Source of the DNA: Polyangiales bacterium
GTDB lineage: Bacteria; Myxococcota_A; Polyangia; Polyangiales; Ga0077539
Length of the DNA: 64,000 bases
Assembly (NCBI GenBank): GCA_041389885.1
Contig: JAWKRB010000006.1
Span: forward strand, 67,101-131,100
Direction of reading: 5' to 3'
Shown here piece by piece: positions 16,609 through 26,140 of this stretch. Both the position numbers and the translations under genes were made by a program. Under the pieces are notes generated by a model. It made no database searches. It had not been told where the DNA came from and saw only the letters and a list, made by a program, of their open reading frames with translations. Each line of letters starts with the position of its first letter. Position 1 is the stretch's first letter.

Positions 16609-18836
16609 GAGGACCTCGTGGGCGCACCGTGCCGCGCGGCGGCGGATCCGAGGTGCACCGTGAAGACGACGAAGAGCGAGCGCGGCGGGCCGGCCGCGAA
16701 GTGCTGCGCCGCCACCAGCGTGGGGAAGGGGCGCGAGCGAAAGTCTGAGACGAAGTTGTACTGACCCCAGCGGTACTGGGCGTCGAGGAGGTTCTGCGCG
16801 ATGAAGCCCAGCTCGACGTGCGACCACCTCGCCGCGAGCTGGGCGTCGACGGTGAACACCGCGTCGCCCGTCTCGGCGAGGGGCAGCGGGCGCGGGGCCA
16901 CGTAGGTCACCCCGAGTCCACCCGTGAGAACCACCCGGCGCCCCCGGAGGTTCCACGGGAGCGGCGCGTTGGCGCTCGCGTCGAGGCGCGCCACCACCTG
17001 CGGCACGTAGGGGACGAGGAACCCGTCGTCGAAGGTCGCGCGCGCCCAGGTGACGTGCGCGGAGACATCGAAGCGGGGATGCGTCGCCCGCACCGCGCCC
17101 AGCGCCCCCATGCGCGTGGTGCCCCCCGCGAGGCTGTTGCGCCCCTGGGTCTCGTCGAAGATCAGGTCCTGCCCGACGTGCGTGTAGAAATACAGCGCGC
17201 GGGCCGAGAGGCGCACCCTTCCCAGGTGTCGGTCGTAGACGACCCCGCCCTCGAGGGCGAGGGCCGGCGAGTAGGGCAGCGTCTGGTCGTTGCCCAGGTA
17301 CACCGGGTCGGCCGAGCGCGCGCCGAGGCCCGCGGCGAGGGCCACGGTCACCCCCTTGAAGGGGCCCAGAAACACGCTCCCGCGGGGCTGGAGCGCGAAG
17401 CCCCCGCTGCTGCGCCGGGTGGTCGGGTCGCGGGGGCCCACGCGGTCGGCGGAGTAGCAGGCCACGTCGAGGTCCGCGCCGCGGAGCGAGACGTCGTGCA
17501 CCGCGCAGCGGTCGAGGGCGTTGTACTGAAACAGGTCGGCGCGGAGCCCCCCGCGGAGCACCAGCCAGCGCGTGAGCCGCAGCTCGCTGTCGACGTAGAG
17601 CGCGACGTTGCCCACCTCGTTGTCGAGGTCGAAATCGCTGCGGTACGCGATGTCGGTGCCCGAGCGGAGCCGCCGCTGGGTGCTGTCGACGCGCACGAAC
17701 CGCCCGTACAGCCCGACCTCCAGCGACTGCCGGTAGCCGCCGAGGGTGGTGCTGAAGCGCCCCGACGCGCGCGCCCCCGCCTCGACGCTCTGACCGTTCT
17801 GGTCGATGAGGTCGCCGCGCTGGGGGTGCGGGCTCTGCCAGGGCTGCTGCACGTCGAGCAGAAAGCCCGTGAAGTTCTCGCGCAGGCGAAAGCTGCGCAC
17901 CGAGCCCCAGGCTTGCGCCTTGAGCGTCGAGCTTGGACGGGTTGACTCGACCTCGACGCTGAGCAGGTGCCGCGAGACCTCGCCCCCCTGCGTCGCGTCG
18001 TAGGTGTCGTAGAAGCCCACGCGCCCCGCCGCCACGTCGTCGTCGCGGAGCACGCCCGCGCTGCGGTAGCGCGTGAGGTAGCTCGCGCCGAAGAGGCGCC
18101 AGGTGATCGGGCCGCTGCGGTGCTCGTACTGGCCGTTGGCCGTCGCGCGGTCGTACCCGCGGTTCTGCCCGTAGCCCGCGGAGGTGCCGACCTCGGCGCC
18201 GCCGAAGGTGCCCGGCGACTCGCCCTCGGGGGCCCAGATCGCCAGCGCGCGGTGCGTGTCGAAGCTCCCGTAGCGGTACTGCAACACCGCGCCGCGGGTG
18301 GGCACCCGGAGCGTGAACTGCGCGCTGCCCGCCACGGCGAAGTCGCCCTGGTGAGGGTCGAAGGGACCCTCGAGCACGCGCACCGAGTCGATGAGCTCGG
18401 GGATGATGAAGTGCGTGTCGGCGTGGCCCTGCCCGTGAGGGTGCGCGGGCTCGTTGATCGGGACGCCGTTGACGGTGAACTCGAGGTCCTGCCCCAGGCG
18501 GGCGTCGAAGCCGCGGAGAAAGACCTGCTCGGCGTGGCCCTCGCCCAGGCCGTTGGAGAGAAAGATCCCCGGCGCGAGGCGGAGCACGTCTGAGGCGTTG
18601 CCCCGGGGCACGTTCGCCAGCGCACCCACCGTGACGTCGACCTCGCCCGCGGCGCGAGAGGGCGGGCGTCGGGCGCTCACCACCCCCTCGCCGATCACCT
18701 GCTCGGGGGCTGCCGCGGGCTCAACCGCTTGCGCCGCAGGGGGATCGGACCGCTCCGGGGCGCGCTCCTGCGCCCACGCGGCGCGAGGCCCTGCCATCGC
18801 GAGCGAGAGACCCAGCAGCGACCACGTCGACTTCAC
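16605..18836 (-). CDS. TonB-dependent outer-membrane receptor
   Basis: Signal peptide MKSTWSLLGLSLAMAGPRAAWA. The plug region reads DVLRLAPGIFL…VFLRGF…VPINEP…IDSVRVLEGP. The ~740-aa length fits a beta-barrel. Confidence 0.8.
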   Translation of the reverse strand: MKSTWSLLGLSLAMAGPRAAWAQERAPERSDPPAAQAVEPAAAPEQVIGEGVVSARRPPSRAAGEVDVTVGALANVPRGNASDVLRLAPGIFLSNGLGEGHAEQVFLRGFDARLGQDLEFTVNGVPINEPAHPHGQGHADTHFIIPELIDSVRVLEGPFDPHQGDFAVAGSAQFTLRVPTRGAVLQYRYGSFDTHRALAIWAPEGESPGTFGGAEVGTSAGYGQNRGYDRATANGQYEHRSGPITWRLFGASYLTRYRSAGVLRDDDVAAGRVGFYDTYDATQGGEVSRHLLSVEVESTRPSSTLKAQAWGSVRSFRLRENFTGFLLDVQQPWQSPHPQRGDLIDQNGQSVEAGARASGRFSTTLGGYRQSLEVGLYGRFVRVDSTQRRLRSGTDIAYRSDFDLDNEVGNVALYVDSELRLTRWLVLRGGLRADLFQYNALDRCAVHDVSLRGADLDVACYSADRVGPRDPTTRRSSGGFALQPRGSVFLGPFKGVTVALAAGLGARSADPVYLGNDQTLPYSPALALEGGVVYDRHLGRVRLSARALYFYTHVGQDLIFDETQGRNSLAGGTTRMGALGAVRATHPRFDVSAHVTWARATFDDGFLVPYVPQVVARLDASANAPLPWNLRGRRVVLTGGLGVTYVAPRPLPLAETGDAVFTVDAQLAARWSHVELGFIAQNLLDAQYRWGQYNFVSDFRSRPFPTLVAAQHFAAGPPRSLFVVFTVHLGSAAARHGAPTRSS

Positions 18837-18855
18837 AGGCCACCCTCTAGTCTTT

Positions 18856-18872
18856 TTGCATCACGATTGCAA
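18856..18872. promoter_or_regulatory. TTGCATCACGATTGCAA motif in the divergent TonB-receptor/M1-peptidase promoter region
   Basis: The motif sits in a relatively AT-rich 147-bp intergenic region and shares ATTGCA half-sites with the sites at 6266 and 9601. Confidence 0.3.
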
Positions 18873-18983
18873 CTACCTCTCTCTTGCAGTTCAACCTGCG
18901 ATGCGATTTCAGGGAGAGGGGCCCTCGGGGTCGGGGAGAATTGGTGCGGGCGCGGCGAAGGGGTGTATGGCCGCGGTCGGCTG

Positions 18984-21038
18984 ATGGCGTCGCGCTCTTC
19001 GAAATTCCTCCTGCCTCTCGCCGCGCTGGCGTGTGTGGTCCGCAGCGCCTGGGCCGACCCGATGGACGCGGGGGCGGACGCGCGCTCCGACGCGCTGGAC
19101 GCGGCGCTCGACGTAGCGGGGGCGGTGGACGCGTCGGCGGATGGCTCGGCGGACGCGTCGGCGGATGCGCCGAGGGACGAGGCGGTCCCGGCGCCGCCTC
19201 CGGCGCCCGCGCAGGCGGATCCCGTGGTGACGGTGACCACGACGACCGCGGCTCAGCTCCCGGTGCGCGTGGTCGATTACACCCTCCGCGCGACGCTGAA
19301 CGAGACGGCGCACGTGGTGACGGGGGAGGGCACGGTGCGCTGGACGAACCCCTCGCAGGCGCCGACCCGCGAGCTCTGGCTGCATCTCTACCTCAACGCG
19401 TTTCGCTCCTCGGACACCTACTTCATGCGCGCGTGGGGCGAGCGTGAGCGCGCGCCCTCGCAGTGGGGCGGCATCGAGGTCTCTTCGCTCGGGCTCGAAG
19501 ACGGCACCGACCTGCTCCCCGGCGCGACGCACCCCTCCGAGCCCGCGGGGGACGAGACGCAGCTCCGGGTGTCGCTGCCCCGCCCGGTGGCGCCTGGGGA
19601 GACCCTCACGCTGCGCGTGGCGTGGCGCTCGACGCTCCCCGAGGTCATCGCGCGCACGGGCTTTCACGGGCGCTTTCACATGGTCGGGCAGTGGTTCCCC
19701 AAGCTCGCGGTGCTCGAGGCCGATGGGCGCTGGGTGAGCTTTCCCTTCCACGCCTACAGCGAGTTCTACGCCGACTTCGGCCGCTACGACGTCACCCTCG
19801 ACGTGCCCCGCGGGTGGACCGTGGGCGCCACCGGCCAGCGCGTGGGCGCCGTTCGCACGCAGGGCGGTCGCGACACCCACCGCTACGTCGCCGACCGCGT
19901 GCACGACTTCGCCTTCACCGCGTGGGATCAGTACGTCACCCGTGAGTCTCGCGCGGGTGGGGTCGCCGTGCGCGTGCTGCACCCCCCCGGGGCCGAGGGC
20001 GACGCGCAGCGCGTGGTGGAGCTCGCCGAGGGGATGATCCCCGCCTTCGCGCGGCGCTATGGGCCCTACCCGTACCCGAACCTCACCGTGGTGATCCCGC
20101 CGCGGGGCGCCGAGGAGGCGGGCGGGATGGAGTACCCGACGCTGATCACCACGGTGTCGGCGTGGTGGGCGCCGCGGCGCGCGAGGCTCCTCGAGTACGT
20201 GACGGTGCACGAGTTCGGGCACCAGTATTTCTACGGCCTCTTCGCGAGCAACGAGAACCGCTGGCCCTTCCTCGACGAGGGGCTCTGCGAGTACGCCACC
20301 GCCCGCGTGATGCAGGACCTCTACGGCCCCGACGGCGACCTCTTCGACATCCCCTGGCTCGCGCCGCGCCTCGGGCCGTGGGCGCTCTCCGCGGCCGGCT
20401 CGGCGTCGATCGCCGCGCCCGTGCCCGTCACCACGGCCGCCCCCGACTTCGCGACCTACGGTCGCTACGGCGGCCATGTCTACGCCCGCACGGCGACCCT
20501 CCTCCGCGGCGCCGAGCTCACCTACGGCTCCGCGCGCTTCGCCGCCGCGATGCGCGCCTACGCCGAAGACGCGCGCTTTCGCCACCCCACCCCCGACACG
20601 CTCCTGTCCGCGCTGGCCCAGGGCCTGGGCGACGACGCCGTGGAGGGATACCTGCGCCCCGCGCTGGAGGCGCCGGTGGGGGTGAACTACCGGGTCTCGG
20701 TGGTCGAGAGCGCGCGGGGCGCCGACGGCGTGCACCGCGGTCGGGTCGTGGTCGATCGAACGGGCGGCCCCGCGCTCCCGGTCGAGGTCGTGCTCGAGTC
20801 GGTCGGAGGCGCGCGGAGCGTTCACCGCGTGGCGGCGTCTGCGCTGACCACGGTGATCCCCTACTCGGGCGCGACGGCGCTGCGGGCGGCGCGGGTCGAC
20901 CCCGCCGGGCGCTTTCCCCTCGACGAGAACCGCCTCGACAACGCGAGGGTCTCGGCCGACCACGAGGCCTCGGCGGCGCCCCTCATCGCCCGCGTCGCCT
21001 ACTGGCTCGCCCTCGTCCTCGACGTGGTGGGACCATGA
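18984..21038 (+). CDS. M1-family zinc metallopeptidase (aminopeptidase N-like), secreted
   Basis: Signal peptide MASRSSKFLLPLAALACVVRSAWA. VTVHEFGHQYFYG is the HExxH zinc site, and LDEGLCEYA follows 17 residues later, matching the M1 signature HExxH-x18-E. Confidence 0.8.
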   Translation: MASRSSKFLLPLAALACVVRSAWADPMDAGADARSDALDAALDVAGAVDASADGSADASADAPRDEAVPAPPPAPAQADPVVTVTTTTAAQLPVRVVDYTLRATLNETAHVVTGEGTVRWTNPSQAPTRELWLHLYLNAFRSSDTYFMRAWGERERAPSQWGGIEVSSLGLEDGTDLLPGATHPSEPAGDETQLRVSLPRPVAPGETLTLRVAWRSTLPEVIARTGFHGRFHMVGQWFPKLAVLEADGRWVSFPFHAYSEFYADFGRYDVTLDVPRGWTVGATGQRVGAVRTQGGRDTHRYVADRVHDFAFTAWDQYVTRESRAGGVAVRVLHPPGAEGDAQRVVELAEGMIPAFARRYGPYPYPNLTVVIPPRGAEEAGGMEYPTLITTVSAWWAPRRARLLEYVTVHEFGHQYFYGLFASNENRWPFLDEGLCEYATARVMQDLYGPDGDLFDIPWLAPRLGPWALSAAGSASIAAPVPVTTAAPDFATYGRYGGHVYARTATLLRGAELTYGSARFAAAMRAYAEDARFRHPTPDTLLSALAQGLGDDAVEGYLRPALEAPVGVNYRVSVVESARGADGVHRGRVVVDRTGGPALPVEVVLESVGGARSVHRVAASALTTVIPYSGATALRAARVDPAGRFPLDENRLDNARVSADHEASAAPLIARVAYWLALVLDVVGP

Positions 21039-21880
21039 AGACCCTTCGCTGGATGCTCCGCACCGAGGGACGCGGCGCGATCGTGCTGCTCGTGTGGCTG
21101 ATGGAGTCGGCGCTCGCCTGGGCCCTCGCCGCGGCGCTGGGCAGCGCTGTTGCCGCGCCGCTGCTGCGCCACCCCTCGGGCGTCTTCGCGCTCTACGGCG
21201 AAGACGGTCGGCTGCTCATGGACTTTCTCCGCGTCAACGCGGGCGCGCTCACCACCGCGGGCGCCGCGCTGGGCGTCGCGGTCGCGCTCTGGGCGGGGGT
21301 CGGCGTGCCCCTCGGAGGCGTGGTGCCGCTCGTGGGCGCGTCTCGTATGTCGATCCCCACGGCGCCCGCGGCCTTCGGCGAGAGCCTGCGCCGGGCGCCG
21401 ACGCTCCTCGCCCTCGCGCTCCTCTCCGCGGTGGGCTACGGGCTCGTGGGCCTGCTCGGCTGGTTCGCCTGGCGCTACATCGACCGCTCGTCGCTGCACG
21501 TCGCCAACGCGCGCATGATCGACCTGCGGCACGCCGCGGTGATCGCCGCGGTGCTGCTCCTCGCGGCGCTGGTGAGCCTGTGGCACGCCCTCGCGCGCTT
21601 TCAGGCCATGGGGAGGCGCTACCGCGCGCTCTCCGCCGCCGCGTCGTCGCTCGGGCGCCTGGGGCGCGAGCCGCTGCAGACCCTCGGCCGGGCCCTGGGC
21701 TGGGCCCTGATGGCCGGCCTGGGCACGCTGGTCGCCTTCGCGGTCGGCGCCGCCCTCGACCGGCACCGGGCCCTCTGGGCCGTGGCCCTGCTCACCGCGG
21801 CGCAGCAGCTCTCGCTGCTCTGGCGCGTGCACTGCCGCATGCGCTGGTACGGCGGCCTCCCCGTCCGCGACGAGGCCTAA
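21035..21880 (+). CDS. Polytopic membrane protein, hypothetical (coupled to the M1 peptidase)
   Basis: Its ATG overlaps the peptidase stop (ATGA at 21035-21038). The product has 6-7 hydrophobic helices. Confidence 0.55.
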   Translation: MKTLRWMLRTEGRGAIVLLVWLMESALAWALAAALGSAVAAPLLRHPSGVFALYGEDGRLLMDFLRVNAGALTTAGAALGVAVALWAGVGVPLGGVVPLVGASRMSIPTAPAAFGESLRRAPTLLALALLSAVGYGLVGLLGWFAWRYIDRSSLHVANARMIDLRHAAVIAAVLLLAALVSLWHALARFQAMGRRYRALSAAASSLGRLGREPLQTLGRALGWALMAGLGTLVAFAVGAALDRHRALWAVALLTAAQQLSLLWRVHCRMRWYGGLPVRDEA

Positions 21881-22689
21881 CGGGCCGCGCGAAGTGCGCG
21901 CCGCGGGCGTACACGCGCTCGCCGGAGGTCGTTCGAACTCGAACGATCACCGCGAGGCGACGCGCGACCGACGGTCCCCGCCGTGGGCGAGCCTGGCGCG
22001 GGCAGGGGGCTGAGCTCGGCCGCCCGGCTGCCCGGCGCGGGGAACTCGAATTCCACCAGCACGCCGTCGGCCGCGTCGCTCAGCGGTCGGAGGATCGACT
22101 CGTAGTGCAGCTTCAACAGCGCGAAATACGAGCTCACGATGCTCGCGTTCTGCGACGAGAGCCGCGCGTTCGCCGTGGTCAGCAGCTCGATGCGCTCGCG
22201 AATCCGCTCGACGCCCTGCCCGATGTTGTCACCCAGGCGCGCGAGGCGGCGAACCCGGTCGATGAGCTCCCAGAAGCGGTCGGGCGCCTCGGGGGCGGGG
22301 CCGGTCAGCCCGACGCCCGCGTACCACGCCGCGACGGGCAGGTGCCTCTCCGCCAGGGCCACGAACCACCCCGGCTCCTCGCCCTCGTCCTCGACCGGTC
22401 GCGCGATGAGCTCGCCCACCTCGACGTCGGCCGCCGCGAGCAGGTCCATGAGCTCCTTGGCGCTCGCGGGGGGCTCCGCGGCCCCGAACTGCGGCTGGGG
22501 GAAGGGCAGCTCGGCGCGCAGGTGCGCGATCCACGCCTCGTTGCGCAGGTCGTTCACGTCGCCGCCTCCGAGGGCAGATTGAAACTCGGTGCGCCCCGGC
22601 TCGAGCGGCGCGCGGGGCGACGCGCCGACGCCCCGGAGGGCGCCTCGAAGCCAGCGGAGCACTCGCCGCCACCAGAGGGTCGTGCGCAT
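21877..22689 (-). CDS. Hypothetical protein, last gene of the GTPase/Hsp70-like operon
   Basis: It starts 7 nt after the Hsp70-like gene stops. The 270-aa product is acidic in the middle and has an Arg-rich disordered tail. Confidence 0.45.
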   Translation of the reverse strand: MRTTLWWRRVLRWLRGALRGVGASPRAPLEPGRTEFQSALGGGDVNDLRNEAWIAHLRAELPFPQPQFGAAEPPASAKELMDLLAAADVEVGELIARPVEDEGEEPGWFVALAERHLPVAAWYAGVGLTGPAPEAPDRFWELIDRVRRLARLGDNIGQGVERIRERIELLTTANARLSSQNASIVSSYFALLKLHYESILRPLSDAADGVLVEFEFPAPGSRAAELSPLPAPGSPTAGTVGRASPRGDRSSSNDLRRARVRPRRALRAAR

Positions 22690-22695
22690 GCGAAG

Positions 22696-25518
22696 TCACT
22701 CACGGTCGATGTCCTCGGGGTCGATGACCCCGTTGCGGCGAAAATCGAACTCCAGGCGCCAGGCCTCGAAGTGCGCGGTGAGCCCCCCGGCGGTGAGCGA
22801 GCTCGCGCCGTCGAGGTCGGCCCGGGCTTCTTCCCACGCGCCGTTGCGCTCGACCCGCAGCGCGGCGAGGGTGAGGTCGCTGGCCGTGCGCTGGGTGAAG
22901 CCCACCTGCACGCGCTTGATCCCCAAGCGCTCGCGCTCGGGCAGGCTCGTGGGGGTGAAGCGCACCTGCGCGAAGGGGATGGGCGGGTCGACGCTCCCCG
23001 CGGCGCCCGCGCGGGGCGGTCCGCGAAAGTTCTGCCCGAGCACCGCGCGCACCGCGAAGGGCTGCTCGTCGACCCAGAGCACCTCGGCGGCGTCGACCGG
23101 GCGACCGTCGGCGCGCACGATCAGCCGGTCATCGGGCATCACGAACTGCACCCCGCGGCCCTCCTGGCGGAGCACCCCGAGGTAGCGCGTGCGCTTGTGC
23201 TCGTCGATAGGCTCGACCACCAGCCGTCGCCCCTCGCCGGTCTTCGTGGTGAGCACGTAGCCGTGCGCGAGCCCGATGGCGACGCCGAACTTCGAGAGGT
23301 CGGGCCGCACCGTGCCCCGCTGCGCGGCGTGCAGGTCGAGGGTGCCGAAGCCGTGCTCCGACCCCGCGAGCTCTCGGGGTGAGAGGCAGTGCTGCGCCTG
23401 CACGGGGCGCGGCGACCTCGCGCAGGCCGCGCGCAGCCTGTCGCCCACGCCCGGCAGCTGCGCCGAGCGCCCGCTCGCCAGCATGAGCTGCACGGGCGAC
23501 TCGGGGATCCCCAGCCAGCGCTCGGCGGTCTCGAGGGCGGGCGCGAGCACCGTGGCCGCGCAGGCCTCGAGCCACGCGCGGTCGGGGAGCGCGTCGAGCA
23601 CCCGCGACACCTCGAACTCGGGGAGGTACTGCTGCGCGCGCTGCGCGAGGATGCGCCGCACGCCCGCGTCGTCGAGGGTGGTGGGCGAAGACAGCGCGAT
23701 CTTCACGCTCTCGGCGAGGTGGTAGAAGCCCAGCGTGCGGCGCTGACGCAGTCGCTCCTCGCGGGTGCGCGCGCCGTGCCTCGCGTCGTCGGCCTGCGAG
23801 AAGCGGGTGCGGAGCTTCTCCTGCTGGTCCTTCGGCACGCCGACGCGGAGCTTGCGCTTCACCTCGCGCGCGATGCGGCGGGTGATCTCGAGGCCCGCGA
23901 AGGGCAGGCCGTAGAAGTCTTCGATGGTCGAGACGATGCGGTCGCCGTCTTCGTGGATGCGCAGGAGCACCAGGTCGGTTGTGCCGCCGCCGCAGTCGAA
24001 GGTCAGGATGCGCAGCGAGCGCGGGTGGTCGACCCCGGCGCCGACCGGCGCGAAGGCGTCGAGCACGCGGTCGAGGCGCAGCGAGCCGAAGCGGTGGTAG
24101 AGCACGCCCAGCGCCGCCGCGGTGGCCTCGTCGAGGAACGTGAGGGGCGCCTCGGGGGGGTCGTCGCAGAGCCCGCGCAGCCCGCCATGCAGCAGCGCCT
24201 GCCGCGCGATGCGCTCGAGGGTTTCGCGGTCTTGCGCGAGGAACGCCACGGGGTACGAGAGCAGGATCGGGCCCACCGCGTCGATGCCGCCGTCGGCGCC
24301 GCGCACGATCTCGGTCGCGGCGAGCTCGTCGAAGACGCCGTCGAGAAAGTCCTGCGCGTGCTGCGGCGTGCGCCCGAGCTGGAGCTTGGGCGCGGGCTCG
24401 AGGTCGTCGACCTCGACCTGGTGGATCGGGTCGAGCTCTCCCGAGAGCGCGTCGCCGCGCAGCTCCTCCTCGCGGTGCGCGTGCATCGCGAGGTCGACCA
24501 GGCCCAGCGCGCGGGCGCCGATGATCTGGTCGCCGAGGGTCTCGAAGGGGTGCCCGAGCAGCCCCTCGGGCTGCGCCGCCTGCGGGATCAGCACGCTGGG
24601 GATGCCCGCGTCGCCCTCGCGCCGACCGGGGATGGGCCGTCGCGCGAGCACGCTCCAGCGCTCGATGAGGGCGCCGGGCATGAGGGGGTTGCCGACGGTC
24701 GTTCGCTCCTCGAACGACTTGGGCGGAGGCACGAACGACGCGTGCCAGGTCGGCCCGTGCAGGGTCACGTCGACGACGTGAAAATACCAGGGCGCGAGCG
24801 GGCCCTGGAGGGTGACGTCGCGCTGGCCCTCGCGCTGGGTGACCACGCTGGTCTCGTGCGTGCCGAAGTCGATGGCGACGGTGGTGCCGGTGTCTCCGTG
24901 CCGCCGCGGGGCGCGCTCGGCGAGGATCACCAGGGGCCCCTCAGGCGCGGGCACGAGCCCGAGGCGCGCCGAGGCCGCGCCGAGGAAATTGTCCCAGGGC
25001 GGCGAGGTGTCGGCGTACTCGGCCAGGGTGAGCGCGACGCGGTGCGGGTCGAGCACGAGGGCGGTCTCGACGGGGCTGCGCTGCGCGAGGTGGCGCACCC
25101 TGCGCTCGGCCGCGCCCGCGGGGCCGATCACCAGGCACTGCCCCGGCGACACCGGGTGCCACGCGACGCTGAGGGCGGCCTCGAAGTTCGTGGCGTTCTT
25201 GTAGATCCGCAGCGAGAGGTAGAGCTGCGCGAGGGACGGGCTGTCGTGGGCGGCGACGGTGGAGGTCCCGCGGGCGTCGGTGCGGCCGATGGCGTGGGCG
25301 AGGGCGGTCCCCGCGATCCACTGCCGGGGCTCGACCTCGAGGCGGATCCACTCGCGGCCGCCGTCGTCGGTGGGGAAGGTCCTCGCGTAGAGGGCGAAGC
25401 GCTCGAGCTCGCCGTCCTTCGCGAAGGCGCCGCGGCGCGAGGAGCACCCCAGCGGCAGCGTGAGGATCACCGGGTTGAGCGCCGCGCGCACGCGCAGCAC
25501 GCCGTTCTCGATCAGCAT
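22696..25518 (-). CDS. Large non-canonical Hsp70/actin-fold ATPase (~941 aa)
   Basis: Hsp70 nucleotide-binding motifs appear in the correct order: phosphate-1 TVAIDFGTHETSVV, phosphate-2 ILTFDCGGGTTDLVLL (compare DnaK IFDLGGGTFDVSIL), and adenosine LMLASGRSAQLPGVGDRL (compare LVGGSTRIPKVQ). An extra ~200-aa N-terminal region and ~240-aa C-terminal region flank them. The start MLIENG overlaps the upstream stop (ATGA at 25518). Confidence 0.7.
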   Translation of the reverse strand: MLIENGVLRVRAALNPVILTLPLGCSSRRGAFAKDGELERFALYARTFPTDDGGREWIRLEVEPRQWIAGTALAHAIGRTDARGTSTVAAHDSPSLAQLYLSLRIYKNATNFEAALSVAWHPVSPGQCLVIGPAGAAERRVRHLAQRSPVETALVLDPHRVALTLAEYADTSPPWDNFLGAASARLGLVPAPEGPLVILAERAPRRHGDTGTTVAIDFGTHETSVVTQREGQRDVTLQGPLAPWYFHVVDVTLHGPTWHASFVPPPKSFEERTTVGNPLMPGALIERWSVLARRPIPGRREGDAGIPSVLIPQAAQPEGLLGHPFETLGDQIIGARALGLVDLAMHAHREEELRGDALSGELDPIHQVEVDDLEPAPKLQLGRTPQHAQDFLDGVFDELAATEIVRGADGGIDAVGPILLSYPVAFLAQDRETLERIARQALLHGGLRGLCDDPPEAPLTFLDEATAAALGVLYHRFGSLRLDRVLDAFAPVGAGVDHPRSLRILTFDCGGGTTDLVLLRIHEDGDRIVSTIEDFYGLPFAGLEITRRIAREVKRKLRVGVPKDQQEKLRTRFSQADDARHGARTREERLRQRRTLGFYHLAESVKIALSSPTTLDDAGVRRILAQRAQQYLPEFEVSRVLDALPDRAWLEACAATVLAPALETAERWLGIPESPVQLMLASGRSAQLPGVGDRLRAACARSPRPVQAQHCLSPRELAGSEHGFGTLDLHAAQRGTVRPDLSKFGVAIGLAHGYVLTTKTGEGRRLVVEPIDEHKRTRYLGVLRQEGRGVQFVMPDDRLIVRADGRPVDAAEVLWVDEQPFAVRAVLGQNFRGPPRAGAAGSVDPPIPFAQVRFTPTSLPERERLGIKRVQVGFTQRTASDLTLAALRVERNGAWEEARADLDGASSLTAGGLTAHFEAWRLEFDFRRNGVIDPEDIDRE

Positions 25519-26081
25519 CAGGCCTCTCCCCCCTGCGCGTCGCCGTCGAGCTCCGCGAGGAGCGCCTCGAGCTGCCCCCGCGCCTGCGCGAGGAGCGCGT
25601 CGACCCCCTCGGGGAGCGCCAGCTCGCCGATCGAGCGCCGGAGCCGTCGGTACGCCTCGCCGCGCTTGGGGTCGATCCCCAGGGTGCGCGCCGCGTAGTC
25701 TTCGCGCTCCTCGCTCGAGGCGTGCAGCAGCCAGTGCACGCAGGCCGCGCAGCGCGCGAGGATGAAGTGCGTGCAGTGCACCGCGTTGCCCGGCTCGTCG
25801 GCTAGAAAGCGCTCCTCCTCGGCGCGCAGGCGCTTGAGCCCCTCGTCGGCCTCGAGCATGCGCTCCAGGGCGGGGCGCAGCGCCGCGGCGGTGTCGGCGC
25901 GCTTCGCGGCGTGCTGGGCGGCCGCGCAGGTGGCGCGCACGCACTCGGCCATGAGCAGGTCCCACGAGAGGGTCGGCGCGCCGTAGGGCTTGAGCACCGA
26001 CTGGCGCACGCTCGCGGGGAAGGGCACGGCGACCCCGACCGGCGGCAGCGACGCGCGCAGGTCGTTCACCAGCGACTCCAT
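25518..26081 (-). CDS. Small helical protein (187 aa) or the C-terminal part of a frameshifted GTPase gene
   Basis: It starts at MESLVNDL, but protein-like sequence continues upstream in the same frame (EVRRALDLADRAQGAVIDLQERL). It contains CTHFILARCAACVHW. Confidence 0.45.
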   Translation of the reverse strand: MESLVNDLRASLPPVGVAVPFPASVRQSVLKPYGAPTLSWDLLMAECVRATCAAAQHAAKRADTAAALRPALERMLEADEGLKRLRAEEERFLADEPGNAVHCTHFILARCAACVHWLLHASSEEREDYAARTLGIDPKRGEAYRRLRRSIGELALPEGVDALLAQARGQLEALLAELDGDAQGGEA

Positions 26082-26140
26082 CGCGTCGAGGGCCGCGCGG
26101 TCGGCGCGGGGCTCGCGGGTGAGCCGCTCCTGCAGGTCGA

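Noticed and set aside
18909-23382. Long antisense or alternate-frame ORFs (684 aa on minus, 762 aa and 572 aa on plus) over the M1 peptidase, membrane protein and Hsp70-like genes
   Set aside because: They are compositionally biased (Arg/Gly/Pro/His-rich) with no recognisable motifs, and are explained as high-GC frame artefacts.
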